This document shows, piece by piece, positions 1-14,100 of a stretch of 64,000 nucleotides of DNA. Positions within the stretch are counted from its first letter, which is position 1. Every line of letters starts with the position of its first letter. The translations under genes and the position numbers were made by a program. The notes beneath the pieces are model-generated. The model worked only from the letters and a program-made list of their open reading frames with translations, was not told the origin of the DNA and searched no databases. Origin of the DNA: Felis catus (taxonomy: Eukaryota); contig NC_058373.1 of NCBI RefSeq assembly GCF_018350175.1, positions 100,194,001 through 100,258,000 on the forward strand. The letters are read 5' to 3'.

Positions 1-1806
1 GTTTTAGTTCTCCTACATATATTTTTGTCTTTTTAAAGATTACATTTATGATGGTCCTTTTAGTAAATTATTTAATAATCAAAATGAATTCTATTTAGAT
101 TACAGGCTTTTGAATTTTAAAACCGTACACACACTCAGTGTTCCTAACAGCGTCTTGTTATATAAAGCGTAGATGTGTATATCTATATTGATAATGGAAG
201 GTCTTTATTCACTCTTCACCTATGATTAGACTGTATGATAGCTAATTGAAACAGTACATGCATGTCCATAACCATTTTTTAGATTGATTAAAAGTAATAT
301 TTGCTAACAAATGTGACTTGGTTTTCTTGATTTATGTGAGATGATAGTTCCCTTTTCAGAATATTAAGGTGTGGACCCTCTTCCCAGAAAAAGTCAGATG
401 TACATACACACAATTTTGCATACACTAAACTTTAAGGAGATTTATTATTTCCCAAACTCACCCATTGGCTCCGTAGGTATCTATGGACACTAAGCTAAGA
501 GTGTTTGATGTAGGGGATGTTGATGTCAGAAATGTTCAAAGCTGAAGTTCTGTTACCTACACACAATTCTTCTATCATGTGGACTTAAAGCTTTAACAGA
601 TTAAAATAGGAAATTGTTGGCGTCACCTGTGATTATCTTATTAAAGGTGCTGTTTAAACAAAAACAACTTGACTTCACTTTTCATAAACACTAAAGAATG
701 TGCGATATATGACTTGGATAATTATACAATCATTTTTCAAATTAAAAAGTTACTTGCAGAGTATTGTATGTCTTTTTATAACTTTAAAAGGTAAAGAATA
801 GTTTACATAGTGATAGAGAAAATGGAGCACTCAAACTAGCCATCTAAAACTCAAGTTATTGAATGGTTCTATATATGTTGGTAGTGTCATAAATATGACA
901 ATATAAAAATAATAGTATGTCAAGGGCGTGTAGGTCAAATATGTGATTCTTTTAACCTTATTCATTGTAATTTACAATTTAATGACTTTCTTGCCTTTTT
1001 ACTTTGGTTTATTTTTTGGTTATAAGAATCAGTTTGGTTTACAAATCTTGAAAGTTTAAGTATGGATTCTTCCGCTTCTAAGTTTGATATTCCTCGTGTT
1101 TAAATTAAATGGAGAACAGTATCTCCCTAGGCCCAGAGAGAGTATATACCTCACTTCTATTAACAATATAGTATTAACAGACTCAAACTCCTTTTTAAGA
1201 TGAAAGTCATGTATTTTATTAATATATTTATATTATATATAATTATAATTAATATTTCAACATAAACTTAGCATTAAAGGGAGAGACCTTCAGTATGATG
1301 TGTAATTTACTGAGTGAGCTATCGGTTGTTTCTATTCCTTAGGATTTTCTATATGCCTTTGTTTCTTGAGATTTTGTCATAGTCCCAAGTATTCTTGAAA
1401 GTCCACCATTTCAATTTGCTTAAAAACCAAGGGTGTTTCATTTTCTGTGTAGCATAACACAGTTTTAAGATGAACTCTTCATTTATTACTCTTTCGGTTA
1501 TAACCTCACCACAGATTGCGCAGGATTCTGAGGGGAGAAAATACAGTTTTCCTTTCGGATGCCAGTCTCTGGTGGCTAGGATGTTTGCCGGTTCTTAAAC
1601 TACAGATTTGCGTCCTCTCTGGGAAAGGTTAGAGCTGGTGCGGTTGGTCCCATTGCCTTTCCCAGGACCTTCAATCCTGGCCCACTCCTGCCGCAGCCCC
1701 ACCTCCTCCACACCCGGTGAGCTTCGGGCGGTGAGCTTCGGCCGTTGCTCCTCCGAGGCCCCGCCCCCCGCGTCTGCGCTCTGGCGAAGGGGCGGGGCAG
1801 CGGCGC

Positions 1807-1824
1807 GCTGACACCTGGCGGCCG
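1807..1824 (-). promoter_or_regulatory. candidate CTCF site
   Basis: Minus strand CGGCCGCCAGGTGTCAGC resembles the CTCF core CCACCAGGTGGCAG. Confidence 0.4.
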
Positions 1825-2218
1825 CGGGGGGCGGGCCGAAGGCAAGCGTGGGCTGGGATTGGCTGGGATAGCGAGGGGTGGGGAGGGGGGAAAGGAGGGG
1901 AGACGGTTGTAGGGCTCTTGCTAGTGCCCGAGCCTGTGCGGCCTGAGGGGCGCGGAGACTCAGGGGGAGGGAGACGGCAGCAGCATGGCGGCGGGGTATG
2001 AGCCGCCCAACCTTCCTCTTCCCCGCTGTCGCCGCCGTCGCCGCCGGAGTCGCTGGGACCCTTTAGTCTGCGTGTGTTAGTTGTAAGCCCGCTGCCCGCC
2101 CGTCAGCCCTCTGGCCCACCCGCCCTCCTCCCTATCTCTCTCAGTGGCAGCCCGAGGGTCGGGCGGGCCGGATAAAACTCCCTCTCCCACCCCGCCCACA
2201 AGCCTCGGGGCCCGGACC

Positions 2219-2275
2219 ATGGAGGACGTGAAGCTGGAGTTCCCCTCGCTCCCGCAGTGCAAAGAAGACGCCGAG
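2219..2275 (+). CDS. STYX: STYX coding exon 1
   Basis: accATGG; MEDVKLEFPSLPQCKEDAE; donor GAG|gtgagt. Confidence 0.97.
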
Positions 2276-5200
2276 GTGAGTTTGTCCAGTGACTGCCACG
2301 CACAGGCCTTCCCGTGCGGCTCTTCGGCCGCGGCGCGACCCCAGGCCCCAACCGTCGAAGTCCCCAAGCTCCACCGGAGCCCTGTTGCCTCCTGAGAACG
2401 TCCTGGGACCTTGGGGAGAAGCGTCACTCACCGAGTTCCTTTGACCCTCCTGAGACCCCGGCGGAGGGGCTGCTGGGTCTATTCTGCTTAATTAAATGGG
2501 AAGGGCAAAATTAGTCCTTTCTCCCCCAGGCTCCGCGTTGAGGACTGACTTTGAGTAAGGTTCCCCTTTTTATTGCCAAGGCAGTACGAGGGTAATGTTT
2601 TAAATTTCAGTTTGAGGGATATATTTGGTGTCATTCGCATGTGGGACACATGGTCTCACATGTGAGATAGATCTGGGGCCTGAGCTTTCGGAGTGCGCCT
2701 TCAAAAAGTTTTCCAAAGTAGTTGTTTTGTTTTGCTTTTTGGTATTTTTGAGGGAAAGCCGTGACCCGCAGAATAAAATGTCACAAACCTAGCTCATTTC
2801 AATCTAAAAACTTCAATCATGAAACTTGCCCTTTGGAGGGGAGTTGTTACTGAGAATGAAATTGTTTTTAAACTGTCCTCCTGATTTCTGATTTGGGCTT
2901 CTTTTCACTCCACCCTATATCTTCTTTGACCAACGTTTGTATTGAGTTTTTTCCCCCATCTATTGCTAGTTTAAAATACTTTGTGATGTTGCAGACTTCT
3001 AAATTAGAATTTTCTGAAGACTAAATTAGCAAAAAAGACAAGGATACTCAGTTATGCCCTAGTAGGATCAAGATAGAAATTAAAATTTCTAGGTGTAAAT
3101 ATCTTAAAAATAATTGAAAAGTAAAACTTTTTAAGAAACCATTCAGTTTATACCAAATATTCATTTTTTTTGAGTATCTTCATTTGGGGTTCACATTTGG
3201 AGGGATCCTTTGCTTGTGGTAGTAGTCTTTGAGAAATTCATATTTTAAGACTAGACTCTTAAATAGGAAAAAAAAAAGTTGAATTTAGGTTAGTCAAAAA
3301 TGAATTTACACTTTTTTATTTGTTTAATATGGAATAATGTGAATGAGAAATATGCTTTTTGTCCTTAAAAATGATTCAGTGATTTCATCCTGAAAGCAAC
3401 CTTAGAAATAATGTAGAACATTCTCTCTTTTCAGGTGAAGAGAGTGTAGTTTACTGAGAATAAGTGATATGCCAAGGTAACAGTAGCATAAGACACAGTT
3501 GAGAACCTTGGTCTCTTGGTTCCTAATTCGTTGTTTTTAATACACCTCAATTTTTCCCTGCTCTAATCTTAAAAATTCTAATTTAAAATGTTTGCAGACT
3601 TGAACTTAATCTTTTATTGTGTATATAATATGCCTTATCCCTGTAAAAATGATAAAGTCTTACTGGGAATATAGCTTTCTTTCCTGTGTAAGGACAGAAG
3701 TAATGCTTAAAGCCCAGTAGATAATGATGCAAATGTTATTTACTGAAAGCCAGTTCATTCCTTTTTACATAGCATTGGATGTTTGTTTCCTTTTGGTTGC
3801 AAGTGACAAAAACCAGCTCAGACTAGCTGAAGCAAAAAGAAACGTAGTTAAATCCAGAAAGGTGGGGATGCAGCTGGTCTCAGGGACTTCCTCCTAGACA
3901 GTATTATGATGCATCAGAACCGCCTCCGCCCCTTATCAGTGCTTGTCTCTACTTTCAGCATTTCTGCCTTTACTCTGGCTTCTCTGCAGATGCGGACTTT
4001 GACTGTCAGCTGTTCAAGGTCATACCCTTACCGAGCTTACACATTGAAGAACAACAATATGTCTAAGCTTCAGTATTTGAAGTCTAGAGGATTGGGCTAA
4101 CCTAGGTCATGTGCCCATCCTTTGGATTAGTCCCTATAGCCAGAATGGAGAAAATACAATGAGGAGCCCAGTGTATGACCTAGAATATACCCACTTGTGG
4201 CCAGGGGAGTGAAGTTTGTCATTGGTAGCCCTCCCACCAAAATCATAGGGGCATTTCCACAGGAGATGGAAGGTGCTTTCTGGGCAGACAGAACTAGAAA
4301 TAACCATTAAATAGGGCATATAGTTACTCATGATAAACTAATAAAGCAGTGTTAATTTTCTAATTTGCCATGAAATATGTAAAGTATCAAATGGTCTTAT
4401 GTAGTTATGATGACCAGCCAATAAGAGTGTTCCTCCACCTAGGAAGCATTTCATTGAAACCTAAATTACAGACCAAATGTTGCTTTAGTAAACATGGAAT
4501 TCAAGTAGAGAGATTTTTATGCATGCACTTAATGATTGATGTGATCAAGCCATGACAGCTTGATGATCCTATCATCTCTGTAACAATATTACTTCCTTGT
4601 TTCTTGAAACACTGGTCAGGGCATTCTTTTAGGACAATTCTAGCAAAAATTTAGCTGTGTTCAGATTGATTTGGAAACAGATTGTCACTCCTTTGTTTAC
4701 AACTTGGCTGTGATTTCCCATTGTTTTGAGGATGAAGTTCAAACCCTTAACTTTAAAAAAAATTGTTTTTAATGTTTATTTATTTTAGAGAGAGCACCAG
4801 AAGGGAAGGGGCAGAGAAAGAGGGGGGGGCAGAAGATCCAAAGTGGGCTCCACGCTGACAGTAGAGAGCCCAGTGTGGGGCTTGAACTCAGGAACTGTGA
4901 GATCATGACCTGAGCTGAAGTCGAGGCTTAACTGACTGAGCCACCCAGGTGCCCAACCCTTAATTAACATCTGCAAGGTTGTGTATGAGCTGGCATCTGC
5001 CCTTTTTTTTTTTTTTTGAGTTTGTTTATTTATTTTGAGAGAGAGCACCAGTGAGGGAAGGGCAGAGAGCAGCAAGGGAGAGAGAAAGAATCCCAAGCAG
5101 GCTCCAGAGAGCGAGGGAGAAAAAGAATTCAAGCAGGCTCTGTGCTATCAGTGCAGAGCCCTATGTGGGGCTCAATCTCAATCTCAAGAACTGTGAGAAC

Positions 5201-6419
5201 ACAACCTGAGCTGGGAGCTTAACCTGCTGAGCCATCCAAGTGCCCCCTGCCTACCTTTCTAACCTTATAATGAGCTACTCTTCCTCTTGATCCCTTCTCT
5301 GTTTGCCCTAGCCATGTTCATCTTCTCTCAGTTCTTGGGATGTTTTAGGCCCCACCCCCACTCCAGGACCTTTGCATTTGCTATTATCCCCTGCTCTGGC
5401 TGCCAACACTATACTTGCCTTCACCTAATTAACTATTTGCTCTTCGATTAGATCTCAATTTAGGTAACATTTTTTCAGAAAGACGTTCCCTGATTTTGCC
5501 AACTCCTCCTGTTCACAGCCCCCACCCCCAATAGTTTAATCCTGCAGGTACACAATTCTCTGTAGCACTTGGTATTTTTATACCTTCCTTGTAACAGATA
5601 TCATACTGATGGTTTTCCTTAATGTCTATTCTCCATATAGACTGAAAGTTTCCTAAGGGAGTTTATTCACCAAAATGTTCTTGCCTTAGTCCCCACTGTT
5701 TCTTGCACTTATCACAGTGTCTGGTATATACCATAAGCTTAACAAATGTTGAATTAATATAAGAATCTTGGTTGGTTTTGATAGTAGAGTCTTGTGACAA
5801 GATTACAGTAGTTTTTTTTTTTTTTTAGATGTGAAGAAGAGAGCAGCTTACACTACCAATTTTTAAATTAAAAAAAATTTTTTTTTACATTTATTTATTT
5901 TTGAGAGATAGAGCACAAGTGGAGGAGGGGCAGAGAGAGAAGGAGACACAGAATTGGAAGCAGGCTCCAGGCTCTGAGCTGTCAGCACAGAGCCCGACGT
6001 GGGGCTCGAACCCACAAACCATGAGATCGTGACCTGAGCCAAAGTTGGACGCTCAACCAACTGAGCTACCCAGGCACCCCACACTACCAATTTTTAAATA
6101 AATTAGTTGCATAGTTAGGGCTGTTGGTTTTATAATTCAATAATTGTTTTCTTTTCAGATAGAAAGTGTTATTTATTTCAGTTGCAATTTGCCAACTTAA
6201 ATGTTACTCTTTCTGTTTTCTCTTTTGACTCCCATAGTACAGAATAAAAAATAGGAATTGCTTAATATTTCTGACTGAAGATCCTTTAAATTTAGAATGT
6301 TGCTGTTTAAACCTGACTATAGAGTAGAATTACTCAAGGGGCTTTTAAAAAATAACCATTCCTGGGCCCTATCATCACCTTCTCTGATTTAACTGATCTG
6401 AGATGGAACCAGATAATTC

Positions 6420-6451
<32 letters not shown>

Positions 6452-9400
6452 TTTTACATTTATTTATTTTTAAGAAACAGAGTGAGACAAAGCGTGAGTG
6501 GGGAGGGGCAGAGAGCGGACACACAGAATCTGAAGCAGGCTCTGAGCAAGCGGTCAGCACAGAGCCTGATGCGGGGCTCAAACCCACAGACTGTGAGATC
6601 ATGACCGGAGCCGAAGTCAGACGCTCAACCGACTGAGCCACCCAGGCGCCCCGGAACCAGATAATTCTAATGGCAGCTAGGTTTATGAGTAACTGACTTA
6701 AAATCATCTTACTTGAATGCCCTTCTACCTCTCTATATCCCTTCAATATTTATTTATTTGTTTGTTTATTTATTTATGAGTGCACCTGCATTTATAATCT
6801 ATTTTGGTATTTTTTTAAATGTTTTTATTTATTTTTGAGACAGAGAGAGACCGAGCATGAGCAGGGGAGGGGCAGAGAGAGAAGGAGACACAGAATCTGA
6901 AGCAGGCTCCAGGCTCTGAGCTGTCAGCACAGAGCCTGACGCGGGGCTCAAACTCACGGACTGTGAGATCGTGACCTGAGCTGAAGTTGGACTCTTAACC
7001 GACTGAGCCACCCAGGCGCCCCAATCTATTTTGGTATTTTTAAAGATTTTTTTTAAATGTTTATTTTAGAGAGAAAGAGAGACAGAGCGTGAGTGGGGGA
7101 GGGGCAGAGAGAGAGGGAGACATAGAATCCAAAGCAGATTCCAGGCTCTGAGTTGTTAGTACAGAGCCCGACGCAGGGCTCGAACCCACAAACCGTGAGA
7201 TCGTGACCTGAGCCAAAGTTGGACGCTTAACCGACTGAGCCACCCAGGTGCCCTTGTTTGGTATTTCTAAATGTTCTAGGTTTTAGCCAGCCTGATACAT
7301 GTGCTGATAAGAATTAAGTTTTTATTTTATCTAATGGTTACAGTCTGTATCCTTTGCTGAGTTTATTTACTTACTTATTGATCTTTGAACATTTTTATAA
7401 CATTTCCTATTCCCAAAGTTCAATTTCTATCCCATCAATGCAATTGTATAGCTCATGTAACTGCATTTGTATGAGAAGGAAGGAGAGAACCTGAAAGATG
7501 TTTTAATATGCCGTACCTTCTAGGTCATATTGATGATTGAAGGATTTTCACTTGTGAATTAATTTTCACCAGAAGCATGATATATATCACAATTAGGGGT
7601 ATTTTGGTTTAGCTGGGTTGTTTTGGTTTGAAAAATATAGTTGGACTGCTTGACTAATCATCTGTTTGGGAAACCAATTCTACTAATTAACTATAGTAGT
7701 AATTCATAATAGATCATTGGGAATTTGCCCTATTACTACTGCCATATCTAAAAGATGGATTTTAGCAGCAGTGTGGGCAGGCTGAGATTAAGATTGAGTG
7801 TAATATAGGTTTGGTTGTAATATAAGATATGGTTGTTAGAAACATGTTCAGACAGATGGATGTCTGGTAGAACAAGACAGTGAGCATGAATGACTTAAAA
7901 TCTTGGTCTAGTATGCTAGAGGCATAGGCAGAATTGGTAGACAAGGCAGGATTAAGATTTGCTTTGCAGAGTAATAATCAGGACTAGGTAAACAAAGACG
8001 ATAGGCGCTTGAGATCAAAATCTAATGCTAACACTAGGAATAGTTAATGACATTTTCTGTGAGAGAACGCCTTTTAGATTTCAAAGGATCCATACCTATT
8101 ACAGCAAGTCTGATGGTCACAAAAGTAGGCTATGAGTAATTTTTCATTCTCTCCTGCTATACAACTTGTTTTTTACTCCTGTAATGTCTTCCTTATATAA
8201 ATATAGCATACGTGTTCCATTGTATACAACCTTTTGGAAGTTCAAAATTTCTTTGAAGCCTCTTGATTCACTTAAAACTTCAGGTAAATTTTGCACTCTG
8301 TCCCATATGGTCATGTTTGTTTTAGTATAAAAATATTTTAAAGTAATGGCCAGTGAAGACACTTTTTCTCCAAAAAAAAAAATTTCTTGGTAAAATTGAT
8401 ATATTCTAGAAGGAAGCACATTTATCCTGTGTCTTTGAGTGCCTTCTGACATATTTATTGCCAAATATTCCCTGGAATATGTTCTCCTGTTTTTCTTTTT
8501 TCATGCATAATTTTTAGAGATTTCATTTGAGGTAAACTCAAAAGTACACATTTCTTTAATCACTTTTCTTCTTTCTGGCAGCTCTGACAGGTTTCTTCAG
8601 GAAGATAAGGCTGTCAGACTAATCAAGAATCTTTTTTCTTTTTTTTAAGAAAGGGGAAAAAAGAAAGATCCATAGAATCTAGCGCCATATATCTCCAAAA
8701 TGCCTGTCGTGTACTTATTCTGTGGCAGGCACTATGCTCAGTGTTAGGGGTACCATGATGAAAATGGCGGTCTTTGGCCTAAGTTCTTTAAAAACTTTTA
8801 AATATAAAAGGTTATAACGTATTGGTAAGTTAAAGAAGCACATGAACATTCATGTGTTCAATGTACAAATTGATTACATTTCCCCCTCTCTTGGCTTGGA
8901 AATTATATACTTTATTTCTGTTAATCCCTATTTTAATAATATAATCATTTTATATAGTCAATATTTGTTTGATTACTGTTTGCTATATAGTTCCTTCTTC
9001 CATTGAGAGGCTGTTGGGTGTCAGTTTTTCTGGAGTCAGACTGCTTTAACTCAGTTACTTAGGCTCTGTACCTAAAGTAGAAATGAAAGATAGAGAAAAC
9101 AATACCATTTCAAAAATACGTTTTGGAAGTTCCTTTAATAGGAGTCTACTGGTAGTAAACTCTTTGTTTTTGTTTGAATGGAATCAATCTTATATCTCAC
9201 TCTTGTTCTTGAAAGATGATTTTCTGAGCATATATTCTAGGTTCGCCATTATTTATTTCACTACTTTGAATGCATTATTCTTCAGTCTTATTCTTGCAGT
9301 TGAGAAGTCAAGGACAGTCTAATTGTCTTTCTTTTGTATTTAATATCTTGGTTTTGTTGCATGCTCTCTTTTCTTAAGTAGGAGTAAAAATTTATACTGA

Positions 9401-11098
9401 GTGTAATGCACAAATATTAAGTCCACAATTCAGTAATTTTTATTAAATATATACACCAGTGTAATCCTACTCTTATCAAGATATATACCAGTTCTATTAG
9501 TGTAGAAAGTTATTTCATGTTCATTTCCAGGCAATCCCTACCCTGCTCCACAATAGGCATTGAATAATATGATTTCTGTAACCACAGTTTAGTTTTATCT
9601 GTTCTTGAACTTTAAATAGAATCATGTAAAGTGGACTCTTTTGTTTATGGCTTTTTTAATTTAACATAATATGTGTGAAATTCACCTATGTTGTACTTAT
9701 GGGTAGTAGTAGATTTTTTATTGCTGAATATTATTTCATTGTTTGAATATACAGTAGACATTTGGGTTTTTTGGAGTTGATGAATAAAGGTGCTTTAAAT
9801 AGTCTTGTGTAAGTCTTTTTGTGGACATACGTTTTTATTTCTCTGTTAAATCCTAGGAGTGGAATTGCTAGATTATATAGGGTAGCTGTATGTTTATCAT
9901 TTCATTTTACACTCCAGTTAGCAATGTTGAGACTCCTAGTTGCTCCACATCATCACTAACATTTGGTGTTGTGTTTTTAACTTTAGCCATTAGTGGTTAT
10001 GTAGTGGTATCTTGTGTTTTTTAATTTGAATGTCCCTAATGACCAGTGATGTTGAGCACCTTTGCATGTGCTGTTGGCCATTTTTATACCTTCCATGGTG
10101 GGATGTCTGTTAGTTCTTTTCCCATTTAAAAAATTGGGTTGTCACTTTATTGTTGATGCATATTTATGTATTTTGGATATACGTCTTTTGTTGGGTATAT
10201 AAATTACAAATATTTTCTTTCAGTTTGTGGCTTGCTTTTTTGTTCTGTTAGCAGTGTATTTCATTGAGCAGAAGTTTTTAATTTTCATGAAAGCGAATTT
10301 ATCAAAATTTTTTTCCTTTATGCTTAGTACCTTTTGTGCCCTCTTTAAGACATCTTTGCTTTTCCCGAGGTTGCAAAGATATTGTTTTCTCCTAGAAGTT
10401 TTATCATTTTTGCATTTATATATATTTATACACATACACCTTTTTTTCCCCCATTTATTCAACAAATATGTATTGAGTGCCTACTGTGTGCCAGGCACTG
10501 TCATCAAATGTTGGGAATACATACAACAGTGAAGACAAGATGTTTGTATGTGAGGAGGGTTTAGAGTGGGGGGTGATGAGGGGTCAAGATCAAGATTTAT
10601 TTTATTTTCTAGATATTTGTCTAATTGTTCCAACACCATTTGTTGAAAGATTTTTTTTTTCTACATTGAAATGCCTTGTTATCTTTCAGGAAAATTGAGT
10701 GCATATATGAAGGTCTTTTGGACTCTGTTCTTTTCCATTTCTCTCTTTGCTTTTAGTGTGGAAAAAGAATTTCTTCTCTTTATGTGTGGTGTGCTCTATT
10801 TAACTTTGTATTTCTTTCCTTTATCTTGCTTGGGAATTGTTGAGCTACTTATTTCTGGGGTGTGGTGTCTTTAACCAGTTTTGGAAGATTCTTATTAATA
10901 TCTTGTGTAATATTATCTCTCCTTTATTTTCTCTCCCTTCTGGAACTTAGATTTTATGGAATTTAGACTTCTTAATTCAATCTTAATAAGTCTATTAACT
11001 GATCATATTTTCCAACACTGAATTTAGATCATTTTTTCAATTCTATTTTCCAGTACACAAGTTCTCTCTTTGTCTACTGTTTAGTCTATCCACTGATT

Positions 11099-11138
<40 letters not shown>

Positions 11139-14100
11139 TGTTTTATTTTTATTTTTGAGGGAGAGAGGGACAGAGCACGAGTGGGGGAGTGGCAGAGAAG
11201 AGACAGAATCCAAAGTAGGCTCCAGGCTCTGAACTGTTAGCACAGAGCCCCACGTGGGGCTCAAATCCATAAACCCTGAGCTATGACCTGAGCCGAAGTC
11301 TGCTGCTTAAACCAGTATTTTCCTCCTCTTAAAATTTGATTCTTAATTGTGAGCTCATTGGAATTCATCTCTGTGAATTATTTCTGATCTAGGTTTAGGG
11401 TATGCTTCTCCAGAGAGAAAATGCATTTGTTTTTTCCAAGAACCCATGGACATGATCTACCCAGGACCACTTGACATTCAATTTTCACTTGACCTAACAA
11501 AAATAATTGAATTCTAATGCCAAAGTTGAGCAAAGGCCAGGTTGTGGCCACCACTACTACCACATTCTACTCAGAGCCAAAGCTCAGAAAGGCAAAGGTA
11601 CTCATTTTCTGGGGATGAGGTGAGTCATCCCCCACCCTCCCTGCCAACCTCCCCAGTTTATCATTCACTGAGAGTGTTGCCTTTTGAGTGTTTCTCATTT
11701 ACTGAGAGTGTTTATCCACTGAGAGTGTTGCTTTTTGGTGTTGATCTGACTTCCCTCTTGATCAGGTCCTAGGCTTTGTCTTATGTCTCACATGTACAGT
11801 GTCATTTAAATTAAGGCCATGGTGAGGATGTGGAACAGATAGAACTCCCATATGTTGCTGGTGAGAGTGTAAATTGGTTTTGGAAAACTTTTGATAGTGT
11901 CTAGTAAAGCCAAAAGTAGGCCTACTCTGTGACCTAGTAATTCCATTGCTACTTTTTTTTTTTTAAATATTTTATTTTTTAAAGTAATCTATACACCCAA
12001 TGTGGAGCTTGAACTCACAACCCCAAGATCAAGAGTCGCATGCCCTTCTGACTGAGCCAGCCAGGTGCTCCTCCATTGTTACTTTTATATCCAAGAGAAA
12101 GAAATGCATGTGTGTATCAAGGGGAACATAAAATAATTTTCATAGCACCTTTATTCTTATTTGCCCAAACCCTGAAGCTACTTAAATCTCCACCAACAGG
12201 ATAATGAGTAAATTGTGGAATATTCATACAATAGTATACTGCACAGCAATAAAAAGGACCAAACTACTAACATGCAACATGGATAAATCTCACAGGCATT
12301 AGGCTGAGTGAAAGAAGCCAGACATAAAATAGTACTGTTGTGATTCCATTTATATTTGGTTCAAGAATAGCTAAAACTAATCTATATTGATAGAAGTCAG
12401 TGGTCACCTCTGAAAGAGAGGGTTTTGACTGAGAAGAGAAAGGAGGGAACTTCCTGGGATGACAGAAATCTTGATCTGGATGGTGATTACATGGATATAT
12501 TGCTTGTAAAAATTCATTGAGTTCTACGTTCATATTTGGGCATTTTAACACTTCATTCTGTGTTCTTTTATACTCCCATTTTAAAAGAACGAAGATAATA
12601 AGGCCATGAAAGATCAGTAGATCCTCTCAGGATATGGCTTCTCAGGTTTATAGTCTATTTCTGCTACATTGCCAAGATCCATTTTCAACATGTAAAACAA
12701 AAAATACTTAGTTTCTCTTCTTTATTAAAAAAAAAATGCTGGTTGTCATTGCAGGAGTACTATTCTGTCTTTTCTGTAGCCAGACTCAAGAAGTTTGCTG
12801 CTTGGGGTACATTAAATTGAACACAACCCAAGGAAGTGTTGAAAGCAAAGAGTTTTTGTTACTTGTCGCAGGTGAGGAGACAGGGAAATGGCTCTCGAAG
12901 CACTGTCTCCCCTTGGGGTTCATGCATGAAGCTTTTGTTCAGTGTGCTAGGAAACAGAGCCAGGATGCTTGATACATTAAGGAACTTACATATATTTTGT
13001 TACCTAGGCTCTTGGGTTCAACTTTGCATGCTTAAGTATGTCAACATACTAGTGCATACATTGTATGTTCAAAAAATGGTTGGAGAACCTTGCCCATAGG
13101 AGATCTTAGTCTTATAATGAGCTAAAGGTAACTTTAAGGGCAACTCAGGGCACTTCTACATAGGTCAAAAGCTCCAAACTGGGTCAAACTGGCTCATGCA
13201 AGGAGGTAACTCTGGTGGAACACTTAGCCATAGCTCCTTGTTCTGCAAAACACCACATTCTTTCCTGCTTTCCTTGCTTTTCCTTCTTCCCCCTCCTCCC
13301 ATCTGCTGATAGCTTGCCAGCCCTCTGATAGGGGTAATTCCCCATTGCATCCTAGCTAAGATGGAATTCCATTACAGGTATATAATATTTCTACCTTATG
13401 TGTTAAAAATACTTTTCTAATTTAGAAGATCTAGGCGAAGGGTAAGGGGAATTCCTTGCACTATTTTTAACTTTTCTGTAGTCCTAAAATTATTTAAAAA
13501 TGAAAAAGGTTTTATCTGTTCAAATGAATGTTTAAATGAAATATATTTGACATAGCATTATATTAATTTCAGGTGTATTACATTGTGATTGGACATTTCT
13601 GTATTTTTAAGTAATCTCTACACTCAGTGTGGGGCTTAAATTTACAGCCCCCTGATCAAGAGTCTCATACGCTAGCTACCAACTGAGCCAGCAAGGGACC
13701 CCTGGACAGTTCTGTACATTATGCAGTGCTCACATTGATACATGTAGTTAACTTCTGTCACCATACAAAGTTATTCCAAATTATTGACTATCTTCCCTAT
13801 GCTGTACTTTTCAACTCCATAACTTATTTTATAACTGGAAGCTTATACCCTTTGATCCCTTTCATCTGAAAATAAAAGATTTTTTTTTTTTTTTTTTTTT
13901 TTTAGCTTTTCCAGTTTTAACTTTAGGAAGCTTATTTCTATTTATAATTTTGAGTTTTAAGCAGTCAGGTTAGAAACTTGGAATGCAGTCCATTTACAAA
14001 TGAGGATGTGATTCTTTATCATACCAGTTCACTGGAATTGCTTTTTTCTTGTCCCAACTTTTAAAATGTTTTCTGTCTTTTGCCATTGGCATTTTGCATT

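Larger units (their letters stand above)
1680..2540. promoter_or_regulatory. STYX: CpG island / STYX promoter and first exon
   Basis: Abrupt GC/CpG-rich segment in AT-rich DNA, with GGGCGG boxes; spans the STYX start codon at 2219. Confidence 0.9.

Noticed and set aside
1..320. Possible 3' end of the neighbouring gene (PSMC6 by recalled human synteny); ATTAAA near 287
   Set aside because: No coding sequence in the window to support it; synteny from memory only.
1600..2514. Several ORFs around the STYX promoter, including a GTG-initiated in-frame extension from 2144
   Set aside because: GC-rich artefacts; only 2219-2275 matches STYX, and nothing supports near-cognate initiation.
11666..11740. 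Three copies of ACTGAGAGTGTT
   Set aside because: Short irregular local duplication; no spacer structure or functional cue.
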